DNA of 64,000 nt from Raillietiella orientalis (lineage: Eukaryota), in contig JAYWIR010000012.1 in the NCBI GenBank assembly GCA_036172245.1, positions 2,418,001 through 2,482,000 on the forward strand, given 5' to 3'. Below are positions 36,811-49,740 of this stretch, one piece after another. Positions within the stretch are counted from its first letter, which is position 1, and every line of letters begins with the position of its first letter. The notes beneath the pieces were generated by a model. That model did no database searches. It was not told where the DNA came from and was given only the letters and a program-made list of their open reading frames with translations. Made by a program: the position numbers and the translations under genes.

Positions 36811-37949
36811 CTGTGGAGGAGGCTGTCCTCAGCGCTCCTGCACTCGGAGGACACGGCGATGGATTTTCTGAGGAGACTCTTCGCGCACGGTGGAATTTCG
36901 GGGAAGGAGGGGGAGGGCGCCATGATCGCAGCGAAATGCTGCATCTGCACCACCGTCACAAGTTCGCCGTGTGCTGAAGCCTCGGGAGCAGGGAGTGGAG
37001 GTTGCCCGCATGGCAGCCGCCTACACGAGGACGCGAGGTGCGAAGTGGACTCACCTGAAAGAAGTCTCCAGGAGATCGCCTGCATTCAGCTCCGGTTCTG
37101 GGAAGGGAAGAGTGTACTGACCCTCGCCCCCACCCTTCTTTTTTGTTTTCTTTTTTTATCAATTTATTGTCCCTTCCCTCCCGCTCCGGACTTTCTCGGA
37201 GTCCGGCCTGCGTGCCCATGAACCCTCCTTCTGTTGTTCTTCCCTCTATTTTCTGATAGCTTCGCTCCCAATTTTTTTTGTTTGTTTCCTTTTTTAAGCA
37301 AACAACCCGGCACCACCGGGTCAAGACGAGAGGCAGAGAAGGAAGGTGAGCTCCATGCTGTATCGAGATGGGGATGATATCCACACGAGGTTTCTTCAGC
37401 GAGTTGCTTGTCTCCAGTGGCTCTCAGAGAACTGGAGGTGCACCTCTGCATCTGCTCTGCGAACCAATCCTCGAAGCCTTCCCAGGTTCTCCCTCTTCCT
37501 TACCGTCCATCCTCCTCCCTCATCTTCCGCGAGAGATGAGCTCCACTTTTCTTTTTTTGTTCCCCTTTTACATCGAACGGATCCTCTATTCTGCCTCTCC
37601 TTGGCTCGCTTCTCGTCTCTTCATCTCAGAAACTGATCCTCTGGTCATGACACCAAACCCTCTGGATCAAGGGTTCCAACCAGTCTTTTGGTTCGTTCTT
37701 TGCTTCAGGCAAGTTTAAGCAAAGATGAGGGGCGAGTGCCCCTTTCATTGCGGAAACGATACTGAGTTGAATGTGGTGCCACTCGTGGTGCCAGCGACGG
37801 AAAGCGCACGATCTTGTGAAGCATCGAGGAAAGACGGCGGCGCGATTTCACAACTCCCAGCTCGAGGTTGCGGGAAAGGGCGCGGTCCGTCGGGTCGAAG
37901 AGATGCGGCTTGGACGAGATTTGAAATAAACAAAAACATAAACAAAGAA

Positions 37950-39400
37950 TGTGGAGAACATTGGGGATGTTTCCTTCAGTGCACACGAGAGGTGAGTCCA
38001 AGTCATCCTCCTCCCGAAGGTACAGAGAGCTCCTCGTGTCAAACCTCGATCACCTAGTTGGTGGGTGCCAGGAGGGAAACCAGCTCCGGAATCACGATGC
38101 TTAGTGGAGCATCGCAAACGAGCTCGTGACGGAAGTGCGTTCTTTCGTCACGGATGAAAGTAAATAGCGCGTTCTTGAACCGAGGCGGAAGGCAATAAGT
38201 GTCCGCGGATACATCGGCGCAAGGTAAACACTTGGGAAACACGGCGAATTGCGTACTCAACTCCTCTCGGAATGTGGCCGCATATCGAGCGAGCAGCTGT
38301 TGACTCCGAGATGCATTCCATGCTCAGATGCTGATTATAAACTTCTTGTTTCCAGCAGCCACCCTCCCCTTTCCGGTTCATTCATGGAGTGTCGTAGCAC
38401 GCAGACGACGCCTCCCTTCACAGGTTTATCCCTAAACTTGCTCCCACACCGCCGAAATTACGGAAGACCGATATAAATCATCGTGGATCATCATCTGATG
38501 CCAGGAACAGTCCAAGACTTCATCTCTCGTATAATGTAGAACTCATGTAGAGCTCATTGCGCAAGGTGCTTTATAACTGACAAGGTATTTAGGTAAATAC
38601 AAATGGACGTAACCAGAACGAAATGGGATATGAATGCTGATGGCATAGAACATCTCCATCCAGTTCATCACTGGAATCCTTTCCATGATGAACTGGATGT
38701 AGATGTAGGTCAGTAGTCTAAACCAGAAACCACAAGAATAATGAGTTCGTGTTCACTTGGTAACACTGTGGACTCGATGTGAACAGCCGATGCTCTTGAC
38801 TGAAGCACGCATTCCGTCGGGGGAAAAAAAGAAGGAAGAAAGGAAGGAGTGTGGAGATTCGGAGGTGCGCAAGACTCCCGGAGGTGGAAACGCGTGAGAG
38901 CTCGGTACGCTTGGAAGAGTTTGCTTCCCAAAAGCAACTCGGAAAATTAGGGTTTGGAAACTGTACCAGAAAAAGCGCCCAAGAGCCGTGTAAAGAGGCA
39001 TAAGGACGTTGAAGAATCCAAGCTGATAAAGCACTGCAAACAGGACTCAGCGCTAGAAAGAATGTTCATTAAACGCTTCCGAGACGATTAACCTATGTAT
39101 CCGAAGATGATAGTGGAGAAGAGAAAGAAGTGAACGAGGCGAAAACTGAGAGGTCTAACGGAGAAGTCAAAAGTAATCCTCACTGCTCCGAATTCATAAT
39201 TGCTCTCCCTTCACGGGAGAAACAAGTGGATGTTGAACGTAATCCAAAGATTATTGAGCTCATTTAGAGATCCAGATACGAAAGACTTATGCCACTCTTG
39301 GTCATCCACTATAGAAATAATCCTTATCTCATTACAACTGATTATTCAACGGACCTGAAATAATTTGGAATGAATTTTGTGCGGACGAATACTATTTTCA
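37950..39400 (-). mobile_element. Degenerate LINE reverse transcriptase remnant
   Basis: Ordered minus-strand motifs: EWHKSFV (W-x-x-A-x-V), IVSEAFNE (DI-x-KAFD), LYQLGFFNVL...IFRVAFG (L..LG..G-x-L..F-x-V-x-G), GVLRTSESPHSF (GVPQGS-x-LSP-x-LF), PKYL, VSADTYCLPPRFK (L-x-AE..PL..R). Confidence 0.55.
38650..38706. other. Near-perfect 57-nt hairpin
   Basis: acatctccatccagttcatca (38650-38670) pairs 20/21 with tgatgaactggatgtagatgt (38686-38706); after a 1-nt bulge, inner tggaa/ttcca close a 4-nt loop. Confidence 0.85.
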
Positions 39401-40659
39401 TGATGACGGATATCCTGTCTTGGAATGGAGATGGGAATTTTTCAAACTAAAACAAAATCAGTGCAAAAAAGGAAGAAGGAAGGAGCGAAAAACTTTCTGC
39501 GAGAACATCCTTGAAATCGTCAAAAGTCTGGGAGCGCTGAAGAATAGGGAAGCGAGAAGAGGCTGAGGACAGAAGAGCTTGAAAACTTCAGGGCTAAATA
39601 GAATTTGGGCATCAGAAATCACCGATTCCGATTTGTGGTCATGCGGCTGGACTTACTGCTGCTGCAAACCGCCTTAATCTGCTTGCACGTTGATATTAGC
39701 AATAGCTCTCTGCTGCCTTTGTAAGAGCCTTCCATCTGCAGTCTGGAATTACTGAGAAAAATCCCCAATAGGAAGAATGCGGAAAAAAGCAGTTTTAGCT
39801 GACGGGCATATAAAATGCTTCCCATCAGCTAAAAATCTTCGAAGCAATGAATGCACTTCATTTGGCTTAGATGAATAGAAGGGAATCTGTAAAGGATTTT
39901 AAACAGAGTACGGGATCAGAGGAAACAAAGTTCAGATATTTTACTCTCGTTTCGCAGGACTCGAAAACTTCAATAGTTTGCTTCTGAGTAATATACACTA
40001 GTTGTAATCATGGATAAATTTCATGAGCTCTTTCCAGACGATTTATTAATTATTATTGATGAATATCGTTTATTAAGCAGTTAAACAAGATAGCTGCAAA
40101 TCTGGGGGTGGGGGTGGGGTGGGAATAATTGAAATGAACGCAATTTATGTTGTGCTAGTGATTTTCTTGCTTCATAGCATTATTAAAGATGACCCAGAGG
40201 TCATGCAACAACGAAAGCAGCTCACATACTTTTTTCATATTCTGTCAGAGAGATTTGGTATTCCCATAGCATCTGTGGTTGCATAAAATTTTCAGTTTCT
40301 GTCAAATAGTAGCTTTGATTCATCCAATAGGATAATCAGTTTTGAGGACTCATTTTGCTGTATGGCTTCTCTCCTCAAGAAACTAATGCTTTGACATAAA
40401 ACATAGTTCTTAACCCTTTGGGTGTCATCAGATTCAAACGTTCCGTGTTGACGGCACGCGAGTCGCAGTTGAACGGAACGCTTTTCCGCATGCCGCGTGC
40501 TCCATCGAGGTGCTGATAGACTACAGTAAGTGCTGATTAAAGCTACTATTGTAATTGTTTATTTACACCACATTAAATAAAATTTTTCATTTTTCCCAAA
40601 CATATATTATTCATTTGAAAATTATCATTATAAATCAGATAAGTCAATAATTCATTCAC

Positions 40660-41850
40660 ATTTTTAAGACATCGCAAAGATGGAAAACAACATAATAAAT
40701 TTTATACGACACCGAGAAAAAACGAGGATCACTAGCCCATATATAAATAGAATTTTGTTTACCGTCGTTGCTAAGGGAATTCTGAGGAGGTAAATGCATG
40801 TGTCCATCTCAAACATGTTAACTTGTGTCGCGTGTACACAAGACAAACGAAAGCATTTGCCAAACGCATCTATGAGTCCACAGCACTCGAACGGTCAATA
40901 AAAATTTTTGAAAGCAGTTGGAAGAATCCAATCATATTTCAAAAATTTGAGAAATATTTCAAAAATAGGCAAATCTTAATATTGGTTTATTAGGCAAATA
41001 ACAGTCATCAAGAAAAAATCAAAATTCATAAGGTTTGTCGATCCTTTTAAGCGGTTCTAATATGTTTCGAAATGTCTTTTCATCTATGGATTCCGTTTTC
41101 GTAAGGAACGAGTTTTTCGAAACTGCTTTGCAATTACTTATGAGCCAAAATGCAGTAATGAAAAGCGAATCTACAACTTGCACAATACAACTGAAACATG
41201 AGGAGGAAATCATTAAAAGGCACTGTCCATTAATCTTATTCAAATAATAAGTTGTTTATTGAGCACACTAAGAATTTTGCTACAGGCACGATGCAAAATG
41301 GGTGTTTTCCGATTCAGCTTATTGAACTCTAGAAGCATAATCTGAAAACTATTTAGGTAGAGACAAAGTTGGTTTCAGTTTGGACCATTCCCACTGCCAA
41401 CATCAGTGAACCACTTTTGTGAAATCTTTGAGCTACTTGACAAATATGATTCAAAAGTTCCTAACTGTAAGTAGGAATTCAAACAAACGCTGTTGAATTG
41501 GAAAACCTTTTTTATATTGTAATTCGTTCCTATTCTAACAGCCCTCAATTAGTGACGTTTAACTAGATTTATTGTTTTGCTAAATTTTTCTGAATTTCTT
41601 TATAATATAGATATAATGATGTTCTTCATGTGCGGCATAGAATTCGGAATTTGGTCAATGAAATCTTGAATCAAAACTACAAAAATCAATATTGGATAAT
41701 AATATCCGTTCTTTTTTTTTTTTGCCTTGGTAGTACTGCGTACTGCTCCTGGTAGTTTCCTCACAGTTGAGTGGCTTGACTGTAACACTCAAAAGTAAAG
41801 AGCAGGAGCGTTGGAAGCTAATTAAGGAAGATGTATCCAGTTTCCCCAAA
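40660..41850 (-). mobile_element. Possible degenerate hAT-family transposase
   Basis: VCLNSYLQLG (C-x-AH-x-LQL, ~41480), HRACSKILSVL (TRWNS..ML), RNILEPLK, and YLLRIPLATTVNKILFIYGLVILVFSRCRI resembling the hAT dimerisation motif L-x-IPATS..ER-x-FS-x-AG..R-x-RL (~40790-40700). Confidence 0.35.
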
Positions 41851-42039
41851 TCATTTTTTCCCTTCCTTTTCCAAGACATTTTCGCCTTTGCATTTGTGGG
41901 GGATTCGGTATAGGTTTATGTTCGTCGCAAGTGTTTATTCTAGTTGTCGTTTGCTATTTAAATGAGCTCCTTGCTTAGAGCAGATCTGCAGTTTGGAGGA
42001 GGCCGGCCTCTCCACCGACGAAATTAGGAAGTGGGTTTT

Positions 42040-45000
42040 TCAGTTCCCATGGTGATTGGAGATGCTTCCATCTAATTCTTCGCATCTGCAGCCCAGCAAA
42101 CTGCCGTGCCGCGAGAGCGACGTTCCATGGTTGTTCCGATGAGTGCCTATTGCTGTGATAGCATTCATCTCAGCTAATGTGAAATCCTGCCCGAACAATA
42201 TTCTTCAGGGCAGTAATCGTCATTAAATTTTGTAATTTATGTTCTACATTGATAAGGTACACTATTAACTGAAAAAGTAGAATTAGCTGCATCAACGAAT
42301 ATTGCAAAATTGAAAACTAGGCTGACTTAAGGATATATGTATATCATTGGCATGTCACCGACATCGACGTTAATTACAAACTTTCTAAAATGCAAACTTC
42401 TACCAATTATTCGATTTACACCATTAAGCCATGATCGGTTTTTTGTTAGGATTGTGGGAATAACTTATGAATTTTTTGTTGGAGACTCTTGGATTTCAAA
42501 AAATCAATATTGCTTTGAGGGGAGTAGCATAATCGGTTTTGCCTTTAACGTGTATGTGTGGGCAGTAATTTTTTATGCATGTTTTCAGGTTTTTTGTAAT
42601 TTTTTGTAAATAGTGTGACTTTGTCTGCATACCGAATTTTTTTTCGATCCAGTTCCAGGTGTATGGCATTTGTGGATTTCACTGTAATGAAAACATTCAT
42701 TTTAATGATGAAAAATGAGTAGTTTTAGCTCATGATTTTCATCATAAAAATGATATGCTTTTTCAATATTCTGCTGTTTGAAAAAATTGTGATTTATTAC
42801 AAATTTCCGTAAATAATTTTTGATTCTTTTTGGTAGTCTTAGTTAAGTTAATATTGTAAACTTTTGTTCGTAGGGTGTTTTTTTAAATAACTCAATGGCA
42901 TCGAATGTTTGTGCTTCATTTCTTGAACTATGTCTGTTTAGTATTTAGTGTCCTTGATTGATTCAGTGAGTCTCATTGAGTGTGTTTGATGTTTCACATG
43001 CTTCACAATTGTACAGTTGATTGAGCATATAATGCTTATAATTGTGTGCAATCCAAAAAACAAAAATTCATATGTTTCAAAAAGTTGTAGTTTCTTTAGA
43101 GACTGGACAATGTGTCTACATGTTTCTTATGAATTTAATGTGGACGTTAAGAATCATATTTTGATTTTCCAGGCCTGATTGTCCTGTGTTGTATATTTGG
43201 AGTACTTATTCCACATAGCTTTTATTCATCAAGCTGCAAACTTGTTTAATAGTTGCTTGATGCGTTCATCTAATTGAATGCCACACTTTTGTGTTTCATC
43301 ATGACAAATGAAGAAAATAAAAGTTCTTTAAAAAATGTTTGCAGAAATTCATTATTTTTACTGGACATATTTTCAACTGTTGTCAGGATTTTCAAGTATT
43401 ATTGTATTTTATTTTTTCACTTTTTAGTATATGCCCAAATAACTGAGTAGATTATTTAATAAGATTTTTGTTCACGTAATTTTTATTCAAATTGAGATCC
43501 GAGTCCATTTAAGGCCAGTTTAATTCAATTCTGTATATCATTTTTTGTTTTCAGTTGTTAATTGTTAATTTCTTTTTATCTGTACTTCAGTGAATACAGT
43601 GGAGCAACATTTTACGAAATGGATGATGTCATGAACAATATTTGCATTAGCAACAATACATAAATGAGGCATTCTTTCCCATGATTTATATTCAAAGATT
43701 CTCATGTCATGACAAGATCAACAAGGATATTTTATGAATTCTATTAAAATGAGAAAGTACATTTACAGTGGTTCATGGTGATCTTTTGGACAGAAATCCA
43801 TTTGTAAATAGTTTGCTTGCTTGTAGTTTTGCTGATTCTTTTCTAGCTTCTAGCTTCTGAGGACCTCCTAAGATGGTGTTCATCCTATTAACAGTGGATT
43901 TTGTTTTTCTATGCAGATTTTGTTTTTTAAATTTTGTTCAGATTGATTAGTTTCATCAAGTAATACTTTTCATGCTAGCCATCAATGCATATTTATGCAG
44001 ATTTGAATGTAGGTTTGCTCACTTTCTAGGTTGTAATGTTTTGCTTATTGGTTTTTGTGAAAAGGTTTGGTTTAAAAAAAAGCATTCAGAAGTAAAGATT
44101 GTAAAATTCTTCCAGTTCTTGTTCTCATTTCTAGGAAGAGAAATTCAGAATACTGGAAATATTGTGGAGACTCAGTGGACTCCATTAAACAAATTGCTTC
44201 ATATGTGTCTTTCTGGAAACATTAAAGCTATTACATAAACTGTGCAAAGTAATGAGGTGTTGAATGATTCAATTCATATAGAGAATGTACAAAGTCAGCA
44301 AATTGGAGTGAAAAGGATGTTTCTAAATCCCGATGATATGAGTTATAAGGATACCACACAACAAAATGCATGCATACCATTTCCAGATTAGCTTGAATTT
44401 ATGATCACTTTTACAGAAATTGAAAACTGTTTTATACATTCATCAGTTTTGGTGAGAACTGAGAAAAGGCAGTCAAATGTGGCCATCAAAATATAATCCA
44501 TCAGAATTCTCATAAATCTTTGTATAGTTTTTATTTTAGTGGCATTTGAAGGGTGCTATGCTACAATTATCAAATGCTTCATGTTCAGAAACTTGAAACA
44601 CTTACCAATGGATTTCAAAGTTGTGTGAATTTTTTGGAATGAACTGTTATCAGATGGTCAGCAGAAGAGAAGTTTTTCTTTGATTACCTAGCTGTCAGAT
44701 TCCCCTGTATTGTTTCTTAAGCATTTTTAATGCCCTTGCATATATCCTTTCTCCCTGTTGTAAACTGATATTGAACTCCTTTGGTCAAGTTTTTCCAATG
44801 CAGTTGATTTAGCGATTGAGTGCAGTTGTATGTTAAAAGGAAATGATAAAGTAAAGGCATGGATTTTCAACAGTGAATCTCAGCTTCAGAGATTGGGGCT
44901 ACCTGACACAATGGCAAGTGCATTATGTCAGGTAGCAACTATTTGGTATTGATCATCATTCTTTAACATGAAATCAATGTAGCTGTTTACATTATGAATT

Positions 45001-46550
45001 TAACCCCAGAATCATGACATTGAAAAACAATGCCAATGATGTGATTACATAAGGATTTACGGTCAGCATCCTCCAAGAACTGGCAGTTCACTTGAAAACA
45101 TAACACATTGGAGGAACATTTAAAGATTGAACTATTCGACTTTCACCATGTAAAAAACAAAAAGAAAGACATAAAATGAAATACCTTAAGTTAAAAAACA
45201 TGTACATCAGGTCCACAAATAAAATAATTTCTTTGTTGCAATTATTTATGTGCAAATAACTTCAAGTTTATCCATAGAAAGTTTGAACCAGTATTGAGAA
45301 AGCAAAATTCAGCACCACCACATTTTCCAGGGAGTTATTAACACATCAGCTGCTCATTATTCAGAAATCACATTTCACATTACATACTAATAGTAGCAAA
45401 ACTTTAGAGGGGAACTAAAGTAGGTTCCCATGTTTTCGATTTGATTAACTGAGAAACATTGAACAAAATCTTGAGCTTTTGTCTCGTTTTTAAGAGTGAT
45501 GTGCTCAGTTTCATGTTATTGCTATTTTTGCACAAAATGCCCTTGGGACATTCGATTAGTGGAGAAGAGTGTTCAAGATGTGGCTGTTTTTCTTTTTAAC
45601 AGAGTGCGTTTTTGATGTCAGTTGGCACGCTCATTTCCTTCGAAATGGGGGGCAGAACAAGGTTCGGTTTTTACATTTTGGCTCTTCTTCCGGCTTTCCT
45701 ATGAGATACCCTTCGTTTCTTAGACATCGCTGTTAGTAAGTTTTGTCCACGGACCTGGTGGGCCCATAACTTCGGAGTTTTAAGTGAACGAAGTGTGTTT
45801 GTGTGCGTTTTTCTTTCCTTTTTCTGTGCTTGCCACTCATGGGTAGCCGCAGCAGTAAGGAGAAGGTGGTGGGCTTTCATGGAAACGTCTTGCTTTCTTG
45901 ATGACTTGCCGATCTGACCGTTCGATTGGAGAACGGCAACATTTCCATGAGATTTTATCGCCCATGCCGTTTCGCGTTTTCATGCTGAGCGTTTCGAATT
46001 CCACGCCTTACTTAATCACAAAGTTTCAGTCCCTTTCGTGACGGTCGCCTCCACGAACTCATGGAGACGTCAGCTCGATTGGGGCAGGTCGGGGCGGAAC
46101 ACCCCTACGATTGCCAATCCGACCCCCCGTGTGACCTTGCCACCCCGGGTCTTCCCGATTCGTTTTCCCATCACAGTTTGCGTTTTCACGACCCCGTTCA
46201 GGAGTTTTCAAGTAGCACCGTGTTTTTTCGTTTTGCACTTTTAGATGCGTGCCCGAACGGCTAAACGAATCGTTTAATGGCCTTTCTGTTGCAATGTAAT
46301 TCGTGTTGCAGAAACGTCTGCCGCCTGCTTACCACTTTTCCGGCCAGAGGCAGAAAGTTTTTCGAATTCTGCGAGGACAGGTCGGAAAGTCACGGCGACT
46401 CGTTCTCTGGCGGCCGAAAGAAACGTACGCCTCTTCGTACCGTTTACTCAACCACATCCCCTGGTCTTCCCAGTCACCTGGCAGCCTTGGGAACACCGAT
46501 GCGCGTGTTTTACTGAATGGCGGGCCTCCTGCGTGACCTTCGCGAGCACA
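42040..46550 (+). mobile_element. Near full-length but degenerate Helitron RepHel coding region (copy B)
   Basis: Colinear echoes over 4.5 kb: GYMYIIGMSP (GQ-x-YH-x-IG-x-L-x-P), GILSHDL (RGLPHAHIL), HGDLLDRNP (HGPCG..NP), INAYLCRF (PYN..L), LSDSPVL, LQRLGLP, PPRTGS (Walker A), VAKL*RGT (AA-x-LL-x-GG-x-T), LLFLHKMPLGH (IIWDE-x-PM-x-H), MGGR...LLPA (FGGK..LPV), TLPPRVFPI (GLPPH-x-L), CPNG, TPLRTVYSTT (FP-x-R-x-AFA-x-T), CFTEWRASCVTFAS (CFSHGQLYVA-x-SR). Confidence 0.65.
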
Positions 46551-49500
46551 CTTGCGCCCCTGGCCCTTTCCGTGCACCCGCACACTTGTCTTTCTCTCTT
46601 CTCCTGCGGGCGCGGGGGAGAGGGTTCGTTCCCTGACCACGAAAATCCGATACAGCAGCGGGCACACCAGAAGCGAGGATCGGTGCATCTGCATCCCTTC
46701 TGTGTACCACGGCGAGCGCGAGCTATTGGCCAGACCGGCTTAGGGACTTGCCTAAGGATGTTGCACCTCCCACTGGGGGCGAGTGGCAGGTGTTTGTTTG
46801 GATAAGGCGGGAATTGCTCTTTCCCTCTCTGACGTGGGCGGCTCCTGCGTCGTTGTTCCATCGCACGGGAAAGAAACGTTTCCATCGTAAATAAGCCCAA
46901 CACCACGCCGCTTTGAAGGTGCATCGCGCTGCTGCCTCCCGCCAAGGGGTTCTGGAACACTCCTCAGACATGCAGATCTCAGCACTCGAAACGGCAGCCA
47001 AGGGTTCCGCTGAATCGGCGTAAACGTTTGGCGGAACTGACAGTCAACAGCGGCGTCCGCTTCCGCTCTGTTCAACAGTATTGCAAGATCTTCCATTGGA
47101 ACATGATCTCAGCCTCGTTCGAAAACTAAGGGTTAAAAGTGTAGCTATAAATCAACATCAGCAGCGGCCTCTCGTGTTTCAGCGTAATGCGTCACGGTGC
47201 CTCTGCTGATATTCAGCTGAAACTGAAATCCAATCAGATATTTAGCCCTTAATCTTTTCGAAGAGATCATTCGTTACGTTCATCTTCAGTCAAAAGGGGA
47301 AGATGAAATTAGAACTGAATGAAAAATACAGATTGAGGAACGAAAGACAGATTTCCTCAGGAAAACGCTTGGCTTTTTTTTTTTTTTTTTTTTATAAGGT
47401 GGAAAACTAAAAAAAGAAAAGAGAAAAAAAAAAGGATTCTCCGAAATGGACGTACATTGGGGAGGGGAGGCGCAGAAGAAGAAGAAAAAGCAAGAAAGCA
47501 CACAAAAATCCCAAATTGAACGCGTTTTATTTCTTTTTTATCGACAAATCATTTCTTTTTTGTCCTATTTTTTATGGACAAATCCTTAATTTTTCTTATC
47601 TGAAAAGATCCACTCGGCATTCCATTAATGCTGTTTCCAAATTAGACATCGATGCATTTCTCATCTGCAACCTCTCTCCAAATTATCACTAAACTGTAGA
47701 TGGATGATTGCTCTCTCTATTTTCCATAAATCAGCACTTCCCAGTGTGGAGTTAGCCAGCTGCATTAAAAAGTTGAAGATTACTTGCGATAAAATGCCTG
47801 AAAAATCGACCATGCCATTTGGGGTGAGGTGGAAGCTTAAGGAAAATATACGAGAAAATAAAAATCGTAGAAACAGTATGGCGCGTATGTGCGCGCGTGT
47901 GGGGAGGGTAGGAGGGGAGAGGGGGAGGCAAAGATGAGAAAATAATCCGGAAAAGCGATGCTCCACGAATGCAATGAAGAGGAAAAAATTCGAATTGTGT
48001 TTTTCAAGAGAGCAGCATGCGCGCTTTTTTTTTTTTTTTCTTTTCCTTTTCTTTCCCCCACCTTTCTTCCCGTGTTGTCCTGGCAATTTCTCAACTTGAG
48101 ATGGAGCACATGTAGTTACGAGCGAACAGAGAACTCGCAATTAAGAAAGCGCAGAAATCACGTGAGAAACGAAAGGGTTAAAAAGGAGGACGCGCGCCAT
48201 CTTACGAGGGAATTTCAAATCGGTCCAGGTTTTTCACGCTTAAGGAAAGTTCGGGTTCGAGCGCATTCCTCCGCGCTTCTGGTAGCGGGAAAAGTTTCCT
48301 GGAGGGCGCCCGGAAGACCGATTTTTTTTTTGTTTTTTTTGGCAGATCCGTCAGCTGCAGCTGTGACTCCGGAATGCTGAAGCTGCACAAGAACCGCATG
48401 CGATGCGTGCCTACGACTCGGCCACATCGAAAATCCTTCCGTGGTTATCAGCTTCCGTTTTCGAAAGGCGTACGAATGCTCAGCCCTTGGTCGGAAAGGG
48501 GATGGGATTGGGGGGACCTGGTCCGGGAGACTCACGGAATCTAGTTCGGCAGTGCGATGTGGCCTCGAGGGATTTCAGGAAGTGAGAGGAAATTCCGGAA
48601 TGGCTTCATTCTGAAGATAGCCTTCCCGTGGAAATCTTTTTATTTCCCCCTTTGTTTTTCTATTTGGTGCAAGGAAAAAAAAAAAAAAAACACGCGTTTG
48701 CGTCTGTTCAGACAACCAAGATGCTTTCCTAGGCAACTGCCAACTCTGTCGCAGCGTCCACCTCTGTATCGAAGTGACCGCCAGAGAAGGATGGCGATGT
48801 TCTGGGCGGTGCTCGGGATTCCGACGTCCAAGCTACCGGCGCCGCATGCCCTGTTCCTGCTGCGGTTGCTCCGTCTTCCCCTTCTCTTCCTCGAGGTTCA
48901 GATGGGATGTCGGCGCTTCCGGCAGCGATGCACGCTCGCGAGGAAACGCTGGCGAAAGGACACTCTTCCTCGGAGGCGCGATATTTTTTCCGCACATCCC
49001 GGGAATCTCTCCCTGCTTCTCTAAGAGCAAAGCAAATACAAGGATATGCAGCGCGATGAGTTTCGGATTGCTTTAAACGCGCGTTCCTATGGCGACGTGA
49101 GGTGGAAGAAGTGCACACCCGCCGTGTCCCAAATAGGATGTCCAGAGGAGAGTTGCCTGCAGCTGACTGTTGCCATCGTAAACGCAAAAGGAAATGAAAA
49201 TTACAAGGAAGATGGGTCGAGCCGCATCGTACACATGTCGTCCTCAATGGGCGACAACCGCACAGAAGTGTTTGGCGCCCGAGGAAAGGCTATTTGTTAA
49301 TAAGGGCGCCGGAAACGCCGAATTCAGCTGAAGAATCCTGAAGGATCTCCTGTTAGCCCGGAGTGTTGCGACGATCCCGGAGGGACCAGGGAGGCTCGCG
49401 ATTGCGCCCCGCTGGCTCACGAACGGCGCTCAGAGGCGCGCACGAGCTTTCCGGAGGGGTGGTTCCAGGGTGAAGGCTTGAGGGGCGGGGTGGGAAAAGG

Positions 49501-49740
49501 GGGTGGATACAGCGGGGAGCGGAGCACGCGAGTTTCCCAACGTGTTTCGCGGGTCTGTCAGCCCATCCCGTTCTCGTCCGTGGGAGCGGCATACCGAGCT
49601 GATGTCCTCGCCCGTGTGAGGATTTATGGGGCTTTCTCGAGAGCGCTCAGAGCCCTATTTACAATTCAAAACAAATAGTATTTATTTGTAGCATGTGGGA
49701 CAACGGGTGCGAATAATTATTATTCCTGCCCAAAAGTGAG

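Noticed and set aside
38400..45700. AT-rich block as a horizontally transferred, viral or organellar insertion
   Set aside because: No intact ORFs or organellar/viral motifs; its content is explained by eukaryotic TE fossils.
40410..47136. piggyBac-like element bounded by TTAA-CCCTT (40410) and AAGGG-TTAA (47136) carrying the hAT and Helitron remnants
   Set aside because: The two ends match for only about 5 nt beyond TTAA, and I see no piggyBac transposase motifs inside.
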